A DNA stretch of 16,602 bases, taken from positions 1 through 16,602 of the IMG/VR virus record IMGVR_UViG_3300045988_140091; one strand, 5' to 3'. Within the stretch, counting starts at the first letter, position 1; each line of letters starts with the position of its first letter. The notes below the pieces were generated by a model, which saw nothing but the letters and a program-made list of their open reading frames with translations, did no database searches and was not told the DNA's origin. Below, piece after piece: positions 8,037 through 15,280 of this stretch. The position numbers were made by a program, and so were the translations under genes. This DNA comes from a virus.

Positions 8037-8096
8037 ACTGTAACTTTTTTACTAATATTTTGTAGTAAGATAAATAAAAAAAGTTACATATAAAAT
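8037..8096 (+). repeat. copy A of the ~60-nt intergenic hairpin element, in the 5' leader of the helicase gene
   Basis: actgtaacttttttactaatattttgtagtaagataaataaaaaaagttacatataaaat. The 12-bp arms tgtaactttttt (8039-8050) and aaaaaagttaca (8077-8088) flank a 26-nt loop. Ends 26 nt before the ATG at 8123. Confidence 0.7.
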
Positions 8097-8122
8097 TTAT
8101 TAACTTATTAAAAATTACTATT

Positions 8123-9841
8123 ATGAAAACTTATTTAAATAATTTAATCAATGAATTACCTACTAACTGCTTATTTGACAAAGGTAAAGTAGGATGTGGT
8201 GGAACTTCAATGGCTTTAGAGTGTGATAAGCCTTATGTTATATGTGTTCCATTTGTAAGCTTAGTTGAGAATAAACTTGCTCAATATCCTAATGAAAGAC
8301 GTAAAGAGCCTATTTTTGGAGTTTATCAAGGTATTACTAAGACAGACATTGAAGCTTATGTATCTTCAGTTAAATGCCCTAAAATCATTGTTACTTATAA
8401 TTCTCTTTATAAAGTAATAGAAGCAGTAAATCCTAAAGATTATAGCTTATTAATTGATGAATATCATATACTATTTAATCAATATAGTCTTAGAAGAGAT
8501 GCAATTAAAGATGTATTAAAGACATATAGTCTATTTAAAGAATATACATTTATGACTGCAACTCCATTAGAAGATGAATTTGTTTTAGATGAATTGTCTA
8601 AACTGCCATTAGTAAAACAAGAATGGGATGATGTTATTGAGACTAAAGTTCAGACTGTTAAATGCAAGAATGTAGAAGCTTCCACAATTAAGCTTATAAA
8701 TGGATTTTTAAGTGGGAATGTTGAAGGTAATGCTTATATATTTGTTAACTCTGTTGACTTTATAAAGAATCTTATTTTAAAGGCTAAACTTACAGCAGAT
8801 AACACAAGAGTAGTATATTCTAAGAATAATAGAACTAAACTGCCAATTCAGAATTCTTCAGTAAATGATGAACCTAAGAAGATTAATTTGTTGACTTCTA
8901 CTGTATTTGAAGGTTCTGATATTTATGATGAAAATGGAAGAATTATTGTAGTTAGTGATTCCTCTAAAGCTCAGACTCTTTTAGATATATCTACTTCAAT
9001 TCAACAGATTGCTGGTAGAATTAGAAATAGTAAATATTTAAATTGGATTACTCATCTTTATTCAGCCACAAGATATGCAGAGATAGATTATGATACATTT
9101 AAAAATAATACATTAAAGAATATTGAAGAAACAAAGATTGCAGTTGAATCATATAATCAGCTTCCAGAAGTAGCTCGTAAGAAGATTACAGACTTTACAA
9201 GTGACACATATATTCAAATTAATGAGGATTATACCTTTGAATTTGACCCAAATATGGCTAAAGTAGATATATTCAATTTTAAGGTTGCAAGAGGTTTATA
9301 CTCTGTAAGAGTTAATCTTACTAATGAATATCTAAAGAATGGCTTTATAAAGGTTGCTGAATGTGAAGATAAGTCTATTAAGATAGACCTTGAAGCTCCA
9401 AGTAAGTCGTTTCAGGAGCTTATTAAAGATGTAAGAGCTGAATGGGAAACTAAATTTAAAGTTGGAACTCCTATATTAAATGAAGCTCTAATTAAATATC
9501 CTTGGTTAAATGATGCAATTAATAAACTGGGATTTGAAAGAATGGCAACTTTGGGTTATTGCATTAAAGATATTAAAGAGGAGCTTGTTAAAATATCAGA
9601 TAAAAATATGCCAAATAAGGTTGCCAAATTACTTACAAGAGATATTCAGAATGGTATGTTCTACAATTTAGCTTTATTGAAGAATAAGATTGCTGATGTA
9701 TATAAGACTTTAGGTATAAAGAAAACTGCAAAGGCAACAGATATTGAACACTATTTTGAAGTTAGAAAATCAACTAAAACTGAAAAGGATGTTAGAAGCA
9801 AAGGATACATTATTATTAGACCAAGATTCATATTTAAATAG
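8123..9841 (+). CDS. SF2 DExH-type helicase-like protein (572 aa) with a C-terminal extension of unknown function
   Basis: ORF track entry. Motif I-like GKVGCGGTS, motif II LLIDEYH, motif III MTATP, motif VI-like QQIAGRIRN. TAG stop followed by TAA four codons later. No in-frame TGA; its four Trp are all TGG. Confidence 0.75.
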   Translation: MKTYLNNLINELPTNCLFDKGKVGCGGTSMALECDKPYVICVPFVSLVENKLAQYPNERRKEPIFGVYQGITKTDIEAYVSSVKCPKIIVTYNSLYKVIEAVNPKDYSLLIDEYHILFNQYSLRRDAIKDVLKTYSLFKEYTFMTATPLEDEFVLDELSKLPLVKQEWDDVIETKVQTVKCKNVEASTIKLINGFLSGNVEGNAYIFVNSVDFIKNLILKAKLTADNTRVVYSKNNRTKLPIQNSSVNDEPKKINLLTSTVFEGSDIYDENGRIIVVSDSSKAQTLLDISTSIQQIAGRIRNSKYLNWITHLYSATRYAEIDYDTFKNNTLKNIEETKIAVESYNQLPEVARKKITDFTSDTYIQINEDYTFEFDPNMAKVDIFNFKVARGLYSVRVNLTNEYLKNGFIKVAECEDKSIKIDLEAPSKSFQELIKDVRAEWETKFKVGTPILNEALIKYPWLNDAINKLGFERMATLGYCIKDIKEELVKISDKNMPNKVAKLLTRDIQNGMFYNLALLKNKIADVYKTLGIKKTAKATDIEHYFEVRKSTKTEKDVRSKGYIIIRPRFIFK

Positions 9842-10001
9842 AATTGCGGATATTAAAGAAACTCTTAAAAAGTCAGAAGATACTATTAAGGAGTTTGATA
9901 AGTGAATGAATGAATTTAAAGAGAATTCTAAGAAATTAGGAGATATTATAGATAGAGTATTAGCACAAAGAGATTTTACATTTATTTCAAAATTTGATTA
10001 A
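9789..10001 (+). CDS. small coiled-coil-like ORF (70 aa, one in-frame TGA at 9903-9905); start uncertain
   Basis: Hand translation MLEAKDTLLLDQDSYLNRIADIKETLKKSEDTIKEFDK[W]MNEFKENSKKLGDIIDRVLAQRDFTFISKFD, TAA at 9999-10001. Overlaps the helicase 3' end by 53 nt. Under the standard code only a 31-aa ORF from ATG 9906 remains. Confidence 0.4.
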
Positions 10002-10003
10002 TT

Positions 10004-10138
10004 ATGGATGATTTTTTATTTAAAAAGCTTGAAGAACTAGAATATAGAATAGTTCAATTAGAGAACCAAAACAAAGGGTTAGTTTGGGAAGAAGTAGAAG
10101 AAAAACCAGAGATTCCTAACGCAACATATATTGACTAA
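10004..10138 (+). CDS. small hypothetical protein (44 aa)
   Basis: MDDFLFKKLEELEYRIVQLENQNKGLVWEEVEEKPEIPNATYID. Starts 2 nt after the previous stop. TAA at 10136-10138. Confidence 0.5.
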   Translation: MDDFLFKKLEELEYRIVQLENQNKGLVWEEVEEKPEIPNATYID

Positions 10139-10139
10139 T

Positions 10140-10280
10140 ATGAAGTACTTTACATATAAATTATGCTTAAATGGAGTAAATTACGTTTATGTAATTCCCG
10201 AAAATAGTAAATTCTTAGTAGATTTACAAACTGGAGAATTAATACCTAAAGATGAGAAATTATTTGAGATAATGGAATAA
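10140..10280 (+). CDS. small hypothetical protein (46 aa)
   Basis: MKYFTYKLCLNGVNYVYVIPENSKFLVDLQTGELIPKDEKLFEIME. Starts 1 nt after the previous stop. TAA at 10278-10280, directly followed by a terminator. Confidence 0.5.
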   Translation: MKYFTYKLCLNGVNYVYVIPENSKFLVDLQTGELIPKDEKLFEIME

Positions 10281-10282
10281 AC

Positions 10283-10318
10283 AAAAAGGAGGGTTATTTG
10301 CCCTCCTTTTCTTTTTTA
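10283..10318. terminator. bidirectional intrinsic terminator at the convergence of the plus module and the minus-strand lysis/HNH unit
   Basis: aaaaaggaggg-ttatttg-ccctcctttt followed by cttttttatt. GGAGGG (10288-10293) pairs with CCCTCC (10301-10306), extended by A/T pairs, and a T-run follows on the + strand. Overlaps the last codons of the HNH gene. Confidence 0.7.
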
Positions 10319-10632
10319 TTAAACCTTTGATAATTACTTACTGCCGAATGTATAGCTTTATGACATACTGAACATAATGTTATCAAATCTTCCAAATGGT
10401 CTTGCTCCTCATATAAATTGTCATACCTCTTATGATGTACCGATAATGACCTGTTTCCGCCTTCCTCAACGCATCAATTACAAGTTTGGCAGTGGTAGTT
10501 ATCCCGCAACAAAACTTGCTCTCTAATCGCCTTAAATTCCTTTGAGCGGATATATCTTTGGTACTTTAAATATTCTTCACTTCTTACTTTCCTCTTAGTC
10601 TTATGAAGCAATTTACTTGATTTGGAATCCAT
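10294..10632 (-). CDS. HNH endonuclease (112 aa, one in-frame TGA at 10474-10476)
   Basis: Hand translation MDSKSSKLLHKTKRKVRSEEYLKYQRYIRSKEFKAIREQVLLRDNYHCQTCN[W]CVEEGGNRSLSVHHKRYDNLYEEQDHLEDLITLCSVCHKAIHSAVSNYQRFNKKEKEGK. C-x-x-C ... H-H ... C-x-x-C-H-x-x-I-H arrangement. Not in the ORF track. Confidence 0.8.
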
Positions 10633-10634
10633 AA

Positions 10635-11087
10635 TTATATAATAATAAATTTCTGTCGTCTTTGCATCCCGTCTTTATTCTTTAATCCCAAGTGTATTCA
10701 ACTTGCTATACCATTCTTAGGCTTTTCATATATCAACTGGTCTCAATTTAATTCTTCGATAGCTTCAGCAATCCAACTTTGGAATACTTTCATATTACCA
10801 TTAATTGGAGATATATCTGCTGCATACCCTGTTAAATGAGCAGAAGTTGAAGATCCTCCCACTGCTTTATTAAGCTCCTTATTCCTAAAACCAGAGGAAA
10901 TCCTGATGCCTGCATTGCCAAGCTGATTGTCATCACAATACTTTGCCCATCTATCTCTTATTGGGTCTAAAAGCTTCTCGACCAACTCTATCAGGTGCTC
11001 TGTTATACTCTCATCTGGAGTGTTATTTATATGCTTAATTGAAGCAGTATCAGATCTTGTTAATTCTTCGAGTGTGAAATACTTCAT
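10635..11087 (-). CDS. peptidase M15-family endolysin (150 aa, two in-frame TGA at 10743-10745 and 10698-10700)
   Basis: The track ORF 10743..11087 (…SGFRNKELNKAVGGSSTSAHLTGYAADI…, H-x6-D Zn motif) continues in frame: ...EELN[W]DQLIYEKPKNGIAS[W]IHLGLKNKDGMQRRQKFIII, TAA at 10635-10637. The DQLI ... W-x-H block is the usual C-terminal Zn-ligand segment of this family (recalled). Confidence 0.85.
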
Positions 11088-11245
11088 TATTTATATGAAT
11101 TATGCAGTTTATAAAGGTAAATAAAATAGCACACTGCTCCAAATAACGTTAAACTAATAGTAATCCAAAAAGGAATTACTTTAATTAACAAAAATGCAAT
11201 CATTAATAGTACAACTACTATTACATATTTTAACCAATATTTCAT
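11087..11245 (-). CDS. holin-like small membrane protein (52 aa, two hydrophobic segments)
   Basis: Hand translation MKYWLKYVIVVVLLMIAFLLIKVIPFWITISLTLFGAVCYFIYLYKLHNSYK. Its TAA overlaps the endolysin ATG (TAATG at 11089-11085). Confidence 0.6.
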   Translation of the reverse strand: MKYWLKYVIVVVLLMIAFLLIKVIPFWITISLTLFGAVCYFIYLYKLHNSYK

Positions 11246-11246
11246 A

Positions 11247-11903
11247 TTATATTTTATTTAAAATTATACTTATCTGTATTCCAGCTCTTCTTAGATGTAC
11301 TCAAGTATCATAAGGCATAGGTGTATCACAGAATGACAAACCTAAAATGCCAATATCTTTATCCTCAGTCTTTAAATAAAATACTGCTATTTCATTCACT
11401 CTGTTGGATTTAAATGCATAATATAATCTTGGATCATCTGCTTCTAAACTATCTATATTACCAAACCATCCATCATTCTTAGAAAACTCTATAATTGAAG
11501 TATAGTCAGATAACAGGAAATCTTTATAATGGCTACTTACAGATCTTATTCCTGGTTTTACTTCCTCTGCATTCATTACTCCATAAGTAAATGGAAGTCC
11601 TCCTAATCCAGTAGTTCCATTATGATATTCAATAACCCAAGCTCTATCAGCATTTGTGCTTTGAAGCAATTCTTTAAGCTTATATTTAATCTTTAAAGTT
11701 GCTTTATTTCTTGCAATAGTTTTAGAATTGTGAGTTTGTTCAATATAGGTTACAACCTTATTATAAACAATAAAGGGATTAAGTGTAATAACCATTACAT
11801 AGGATATAAATATTAATCCAATCCCTGCTTTAAATATCTTTAGTAATCCATATTTATCAACCCATTCTAATACTTTACCAAACCAATTTAATTTATTTTC
11901 CAT
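11247..11903 (-). CDS. membrane-anchored hypothetical protein (218 aa with TGA=Trp at 11301-11303)
   Basis: Track ORF 11301..11903 plus an 18-codon in-frame extension ...MPYDT[W]VHLRRAGIQISIILNKI to TAA 11247-11249. That stop ends 1 nt before the holin-like ATG. N-terminal TM segment IGLIFISYVMVITLNPFIV. Confidence 0.6.
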
Positions 11904-12328
11904 TACATATCATCAGTGCAAGTACCCAGTGTGTTGTCAACTTGGAAATCAGCTCTAACAAACACTCCGCAGGTAATATCTTTGAACTTTTGATAGAATG
12001 GAGTATAAATTAAAGGATAAGCTATTTCAACTTCTGGATATAGGTTATTAAAACGATTAATTATATTTTGCAGTGCGAGCATACCTGCTGACTGTTCCTC
12101 CAATTGGTTGTTATCAGTCTCATCCCATCTTGATACGAAGTATAGGTTTAAAGAGTAAGTAATAGTATCTTCATCTACACTAAAAGTATTAGGTGTTATA
12201 TAGAACACATTATACTCAATAGTTGGTAAGCTATTTAACTCATAAATATCTTTACTTCCTACAAAATTGATGTTTGGCTCTTCTAATGCACAAGCTTTTA
12301 AATTGCTAATTATCTCATAGTAGGTCAT
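11903..12328 (-). CDS. hypothetical protein (141 aa), probably a virion/neck component by position
   Basis: ORF track entry. TAATG overlap with the next gene. TAA stop. Confidence 0.55.
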   Translation of the reverse strand: MTYYEIISNLKACALEEPNINFVGSKDIYELNSLPTIEYNVFYITPNTFSVDEDTITYSLNLYFVSRWDETDNNQLEEQSAGMLALQNIINRFNNLYPEVEIAYPLIYTPFYQKFKDITCGVFVRADFQVDNTLGTCTDDM

Positions 12329-12330
12329 AA

Positions 12331-13026
12331 TTACTTACTCTTTTTATTGTTACTTGAAGGAAAATCATAAGCTCTTTGAAGAGGTCCCTCTCCAGGTTTA
12401 ACGCTCCATCCTTTACCTCTTGCTCCACCAAGCCAAATATTGCAAGATGAGCTAGAGTAAAGATTGGGAAACATATCCTTTAATGGCTTATATGTATAAA
12501 GCTCAGGGAATTCGTTATAATATGTAATTATAAAGTCCTGTAAACGAGTCTTAAAGAAATCCGCCTTATCTCTATAATACTTCTTAATTTGATTTACTTG
12601 ACTTGCTTCAGCAGCAATATCTTTCTCATCATCAGTTCTCATAACTCCAAAATTACCAAGCTTATAAGATATAGGAATTACTATCTCGCTAAGTACTTGA
12701 TAAAGTAAATAAGGCTGAACATAATAGTCTAATAGCTCTTTATATCTGTAGTTATCAGAATCATCAATAGAATCACTTGGAAGTGGCTCAGGAGGTTCTA
12801 TTGGATGAACTGGAGTATGAGGATCAATCCAATTAATACATTTCTTTTGTAATGCTTCCAATAGCTTAGTACCAATAGTTGACTGAAGTTCTACATCTTG
12901 TGCCAACTTAATCGCTGATTGAAGATACTTGCCAGAAACATTATTATCTAAGTTAGATTCAGATTTGATATAATCTTCACTAATTAGAAGTACATTTCTA
13001 AAATCCATTTGTTCCATATTATTCAA
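12331..13026 (-). CDS. putative head-tail adaptor/connector protein (231 aa)
   Basis: ORF track entry. Immediately downstream of the putative portal with an 8-nt overlap. The N-terminal pattern ISEDYIKSESNLDNNVSGKYLQSAIKLAQDVELQSTIGTKLLEAL resembles gp6-like connector N-termini (weak, by eye). Confidence 0.4.
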   Translation of the reverse strand: MNNMEQMDFRNVLLISEDYIKSESNLDNNVSGKYLQSAIKLAQDVELQSTIGTKLLEALQKKCINWIDPHTPVHPIEPPEPLPSDSIDDSDNYRYKELLDYYVQPYLLYQVLSEIVIPISYKLGNFGVMRTDDEKDIAAEASQVNQIKKYYRDKADFFKTRLQDFIITYYNEFPELYTYKPLKDMFPNLYSSSSCNIWLGGARGKGWSVKPGEGPLQRAYDFPSSNNKKSK

Positions 13027-14101
13027 CTATTTTAGAATCAGCTGTATCTAAGCTAAATGGGGTAATTGTGATAGAATTCTTCATACCAAAGATTTTGTCA
13101 AATGTATCACAAATCTCTTTTTGTATAGGTTTAATCATCGTTCTATTATATAGTTTAAATGATGAATTAAACTCTTGCTCATTAAATCCAGTAGAATCAG
13201 AGTTTATTCCAAATAAATTAGGGTTAGCTCTAAATGCGCAGAATATCTGTTCTCTTGTCCTATCAGATAAAGCACTATATTTCTCATCAAAATCATCAGA
13301 ATCTAAACGCTCAATAGTAGTCTTATTTGTTTCATCATCATTATATGAAATAAGAACTCTACCTGCATTTTGAAATCCTGAGAATTTCTCATTAATATTC
13401 ATCTCAATCTCTTCTTTAACTTCATCTGTAGGCTGTCCGTTATTAAAGTTAATGATAATATTACCCATAAATCCGTTATGAAGAGAATTTAGATGGAACT
13501 CATTAATATTCTTCTCAGTTTCGCAAGATAGGATAGCTGCACCATAAACAGGGACTGGATATACTTTTCTTGTTATATAGCCCTTATTATAAACAACACT
13601 TGTAGGATTATCATCTGAATAATTAAATTTTGGATATTTGATAGCTTTAATAGACCAAGCAGACCAATCATCGGCATAATAGAATACTTCATTCTTTTCA
13701 TCAGAACGAATCTTCATAAAGTCAAGATGATAGATCTCTGAAACTCTACCTAACATATCTCTAATTATTTGTAAAGCATATCCTCCAAAAATCATCTTAT
13801 CTTTAGATACTTTACGCATAATATCCATAATAGTTTCACCTTTCTTATTTACAGTTACTTCAAATCCTGGTGCATTACATACAACATCATTACCAACAAT
13901 AAAGTCAGCAGTACCATTAATGATAGATTGAAGAGTAGCTACATTTAAATATAGATCCCATAAATATACAGGATAGCGATTATCTTCACCCCAAGAAATA
14001 TAGTCCTTACCTCTAACTTTACCTTCTACTGGCAATACGATGTTTGATACAATTACTGGATCAATTGCACTTAATTGTACTTTTGTTTTATTTTCGCTCA
14101 T
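13019..14101 (-). CDS. putative portal protein (360 aa)
   Basis: ORF track entry. Motif-level resemblance to portal proteins (ISWGEDNRYPVYLWDLYLNVATLQSIINGTADFIVG; C-terminal FNEQEFNSSFKLYNRTMIKPIQKEI). Not verified by search. No in-frame TGA. Confidence 0.55.
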   Translation of the reverse strand: MSENKTKVQLSAIDPVIVSNIVLPVEGKVRGKDYISWGEDNRYPVYLWDLYLNVATLQSIINGTADFIVGNDVVCNAPGFEVTVNKKGETIMDIMRKVSKDKMIFGGYALQIIRDMLGRVSEIYHLDFMKIRSDEKNEVFYYADDWSAWSIKAIKYPKFNYSDDNPTSVVYNKGYITRKVYPVPVYGAAILSCETEKNINEFHLNSLHNGFMGNIIINFNNGQPTDEVKEEIEMNINEKFSGFQNAGRVLISYNDDETNKTTIERLDSDDFDEKYSALSDRTREQIFCAFRANPNLFGINSDSTGFNEQEFNSSFKLYNRTMIKPIQKEICDTFDKIFGMKNSITITPFSLDTADSKIVE

Positions 14102-14480
14102 AACTTACGTATGTATTAGGTTTGTCGTATTGATAATTATTATTCTCATAATCTCCAATTCTTATTAATCCTGTTCCCAATATAGGTATTGGTTTACCAG
14201 CAACTAATATCTGAGTACCATTAGTAAGAGTATTATTATATGTAACCAGAATAACTGGATTGCCATATAACTCTGATCTAAATGGATTGTTTACATCAAC
14301 TATAACTTGAAATTTATTTGGATTAGTAAATAAAATATATTGATATTCACCGTCTCTCATTCCTTCTTGAAGTGTAATATCAAACTTATAGTAGATATTC
14401 TCAGAATAATTCTGATTTTCAAGATCAAATGTATAAACTTCTTTAGTAGTTGTATGCTGTAAAATAAGGCTATAATTCAT
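14088..14480 (-). CDS. hypothetical protein (130 aa)
   Basis: ORF track entry. Overlaps the portal start by 14 nt and the recoded end of the GIY-YIG gene by 11 nt. Confidence 0.55.
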   Translation of the reverse strand: MNYSLILQHTTTKEVYTFDLENQNYSENIYYKFDITLQEGMRDGEYQYILFTNPNKFQVIVDVNNPFRSELYGNPVILVTYNNTLTNGTQILVAGKPIPILGTGLIRIGDYENNNYQYDKPNTYVSYERK

Positions 14481-15135
14481 ATTTTCAAATATATTTTTTA
14501 TATGTTGAAGTTATTCCTCGCAGAGCATTATACACTCCACTTCTAATAAATTCATCTTCTATGTCTTTTGCCCTATTATATCGCTTAATAAGAACTCCAT
14601 CTAAAGAATATCTTAATATAGATTTATATTTTGTATTAGTTCTAGTTTCTCAAGATTTCTTAATTGATTCTTTAGTCTCTTTGCTTCTCTTTCTACCATA
14701 TAAAGGGCAAAGCTCTCCAATTTTGCCATACATACTTGAATGCTTACCATACATTGGATTTTTAGAACCTTTTTTGGATTTTGATATTTTTGCTTTTGTA
14801 ATTGCATTTACAATGTGGCCAGATGTTCCATCTCCTCCATCAGTCATATTATATCCTCTATCCTTAGTACTAAACAATTCAATATAATGCTTTTCTGCTT
14901 CATCTAGCTTTTTATTTAACAAACTTGATGTAGAGCAACAAAATACCTGTATAACTTCAATAATAAAATTCTCTTCACCATACTTTCTCATTGCTCGGCT
15001 TAAATGATAATTTAGACCATTTCTCGCCTTTAACTTGTGTTCAGTAAATCTTTGATTTACATCTCGTACAGTCTTACCAATATAAATTTTATTATTTACC
15101 AAATTGGTAATTTTATATATTACACCGCTTTTCAT
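14470..15135 (-). CDS. GIY-YIG homing endonuclease with NUMOD3-like repeats and a C-terminal DNA-binding tail (221 aa, two in-frame TGA at 14650-14652 and 14485-14487)
   Basis: The track ORF 14650..15135 (GVIYKITNLVNNKIYIGKT ... RFTEHK ... GYNMTDGG; SKKGSKNPMYGK / PLYGRKRSKETKESIKKS) continues in frame: [W]ETRTNTKYKSILRYSLDGVLIKRYNRAKDIEDEFIRSGVYNALRGITSTYKKYI[W]KYEL to TAG 14470-14472. The ending x-x-Y-I-W-K-Y matches the usual C-terminal motif of free-standing homing endonucleases. Confidence 0.85.
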
Positions 15136-15202
15136 AATTTTTACATTAGTTTTACATATCTTTTTCTTAAAATATAAACTAATTTACTAATGTATTAAAA
15201 TA

Positions 15203-15230
15203 ATTAAAGGAGACCTAAGCCTCCTTTAAT
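15203..15230 (-). terminator. intrinsic terminator-like hairpin (10-bp stem, 8-nt loop)
   Basis: attaaaggag-acctaagc-ctcctttaat: 15203-15212 pairs with 15221-15230. Lies between the LRR gene stop (15281) and the GIY-YIG ATG (15135). Confidence 0.55.
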
Positions 15231-15279
15231 GTCAAGTTTTTTACTCACTCAAAGTACTAAGAAAAAATAAAAACTGACA
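15230..15279 (+). repeat. copy C (diverged) of the intergenic hairpin element, plus orientation
   Basis: tgtcaagttttttactcactcaaagtactaagaaaaaataaaaactgaca. Loop segments actca...gtactaaga...aat are shared with copy B (about 18 of 26 loop positions). The arms tgtca(a)gttttt / aaaaac-tgaca differ from A/B but are still complementary. Confidence 0.55.
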
Positions 15280-15280
15280 A

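Noticed and set aside
8123-9841. The TGA-free helicase gene is evidence that early genes avoid the recoded codon
   Set aside because: It has only four Trp codons, so zero TGA is not statistically meaningful. TGA also occurs in genes right next to the divergent promoter and possibly in the adjacent plus-strand ORF.
13068-13373. 101-aa plus-strand ORF inside the portal gene (similarly 10927..11124 inside the endolysin gene and 14561..14887 inside the GIY-YIG gene)
   Set aside because: These are shadow ORFs antisense to well-supported minus-strand genes. Their sequences are hydrophobic and low complexity.
3427-14472. TAG might also be reassigned
   Set aside because: TAG ends the helicase (9839), the 213-aa zero frame (3427) and the GIY-YIG gene (14470). 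In each case a TAA follows within 2-9 codons, and no conserved sequence continues past it. No in-frame TAG is needed anywhere.
14613-14807. 64-aa minus-strand ORF from the track
   Set aside because: It is an alternative frame inside the GIY-YIG gene. The GIY-YIG frame carries recognisable NUMOD3-like and C-terminal motifs through this region.
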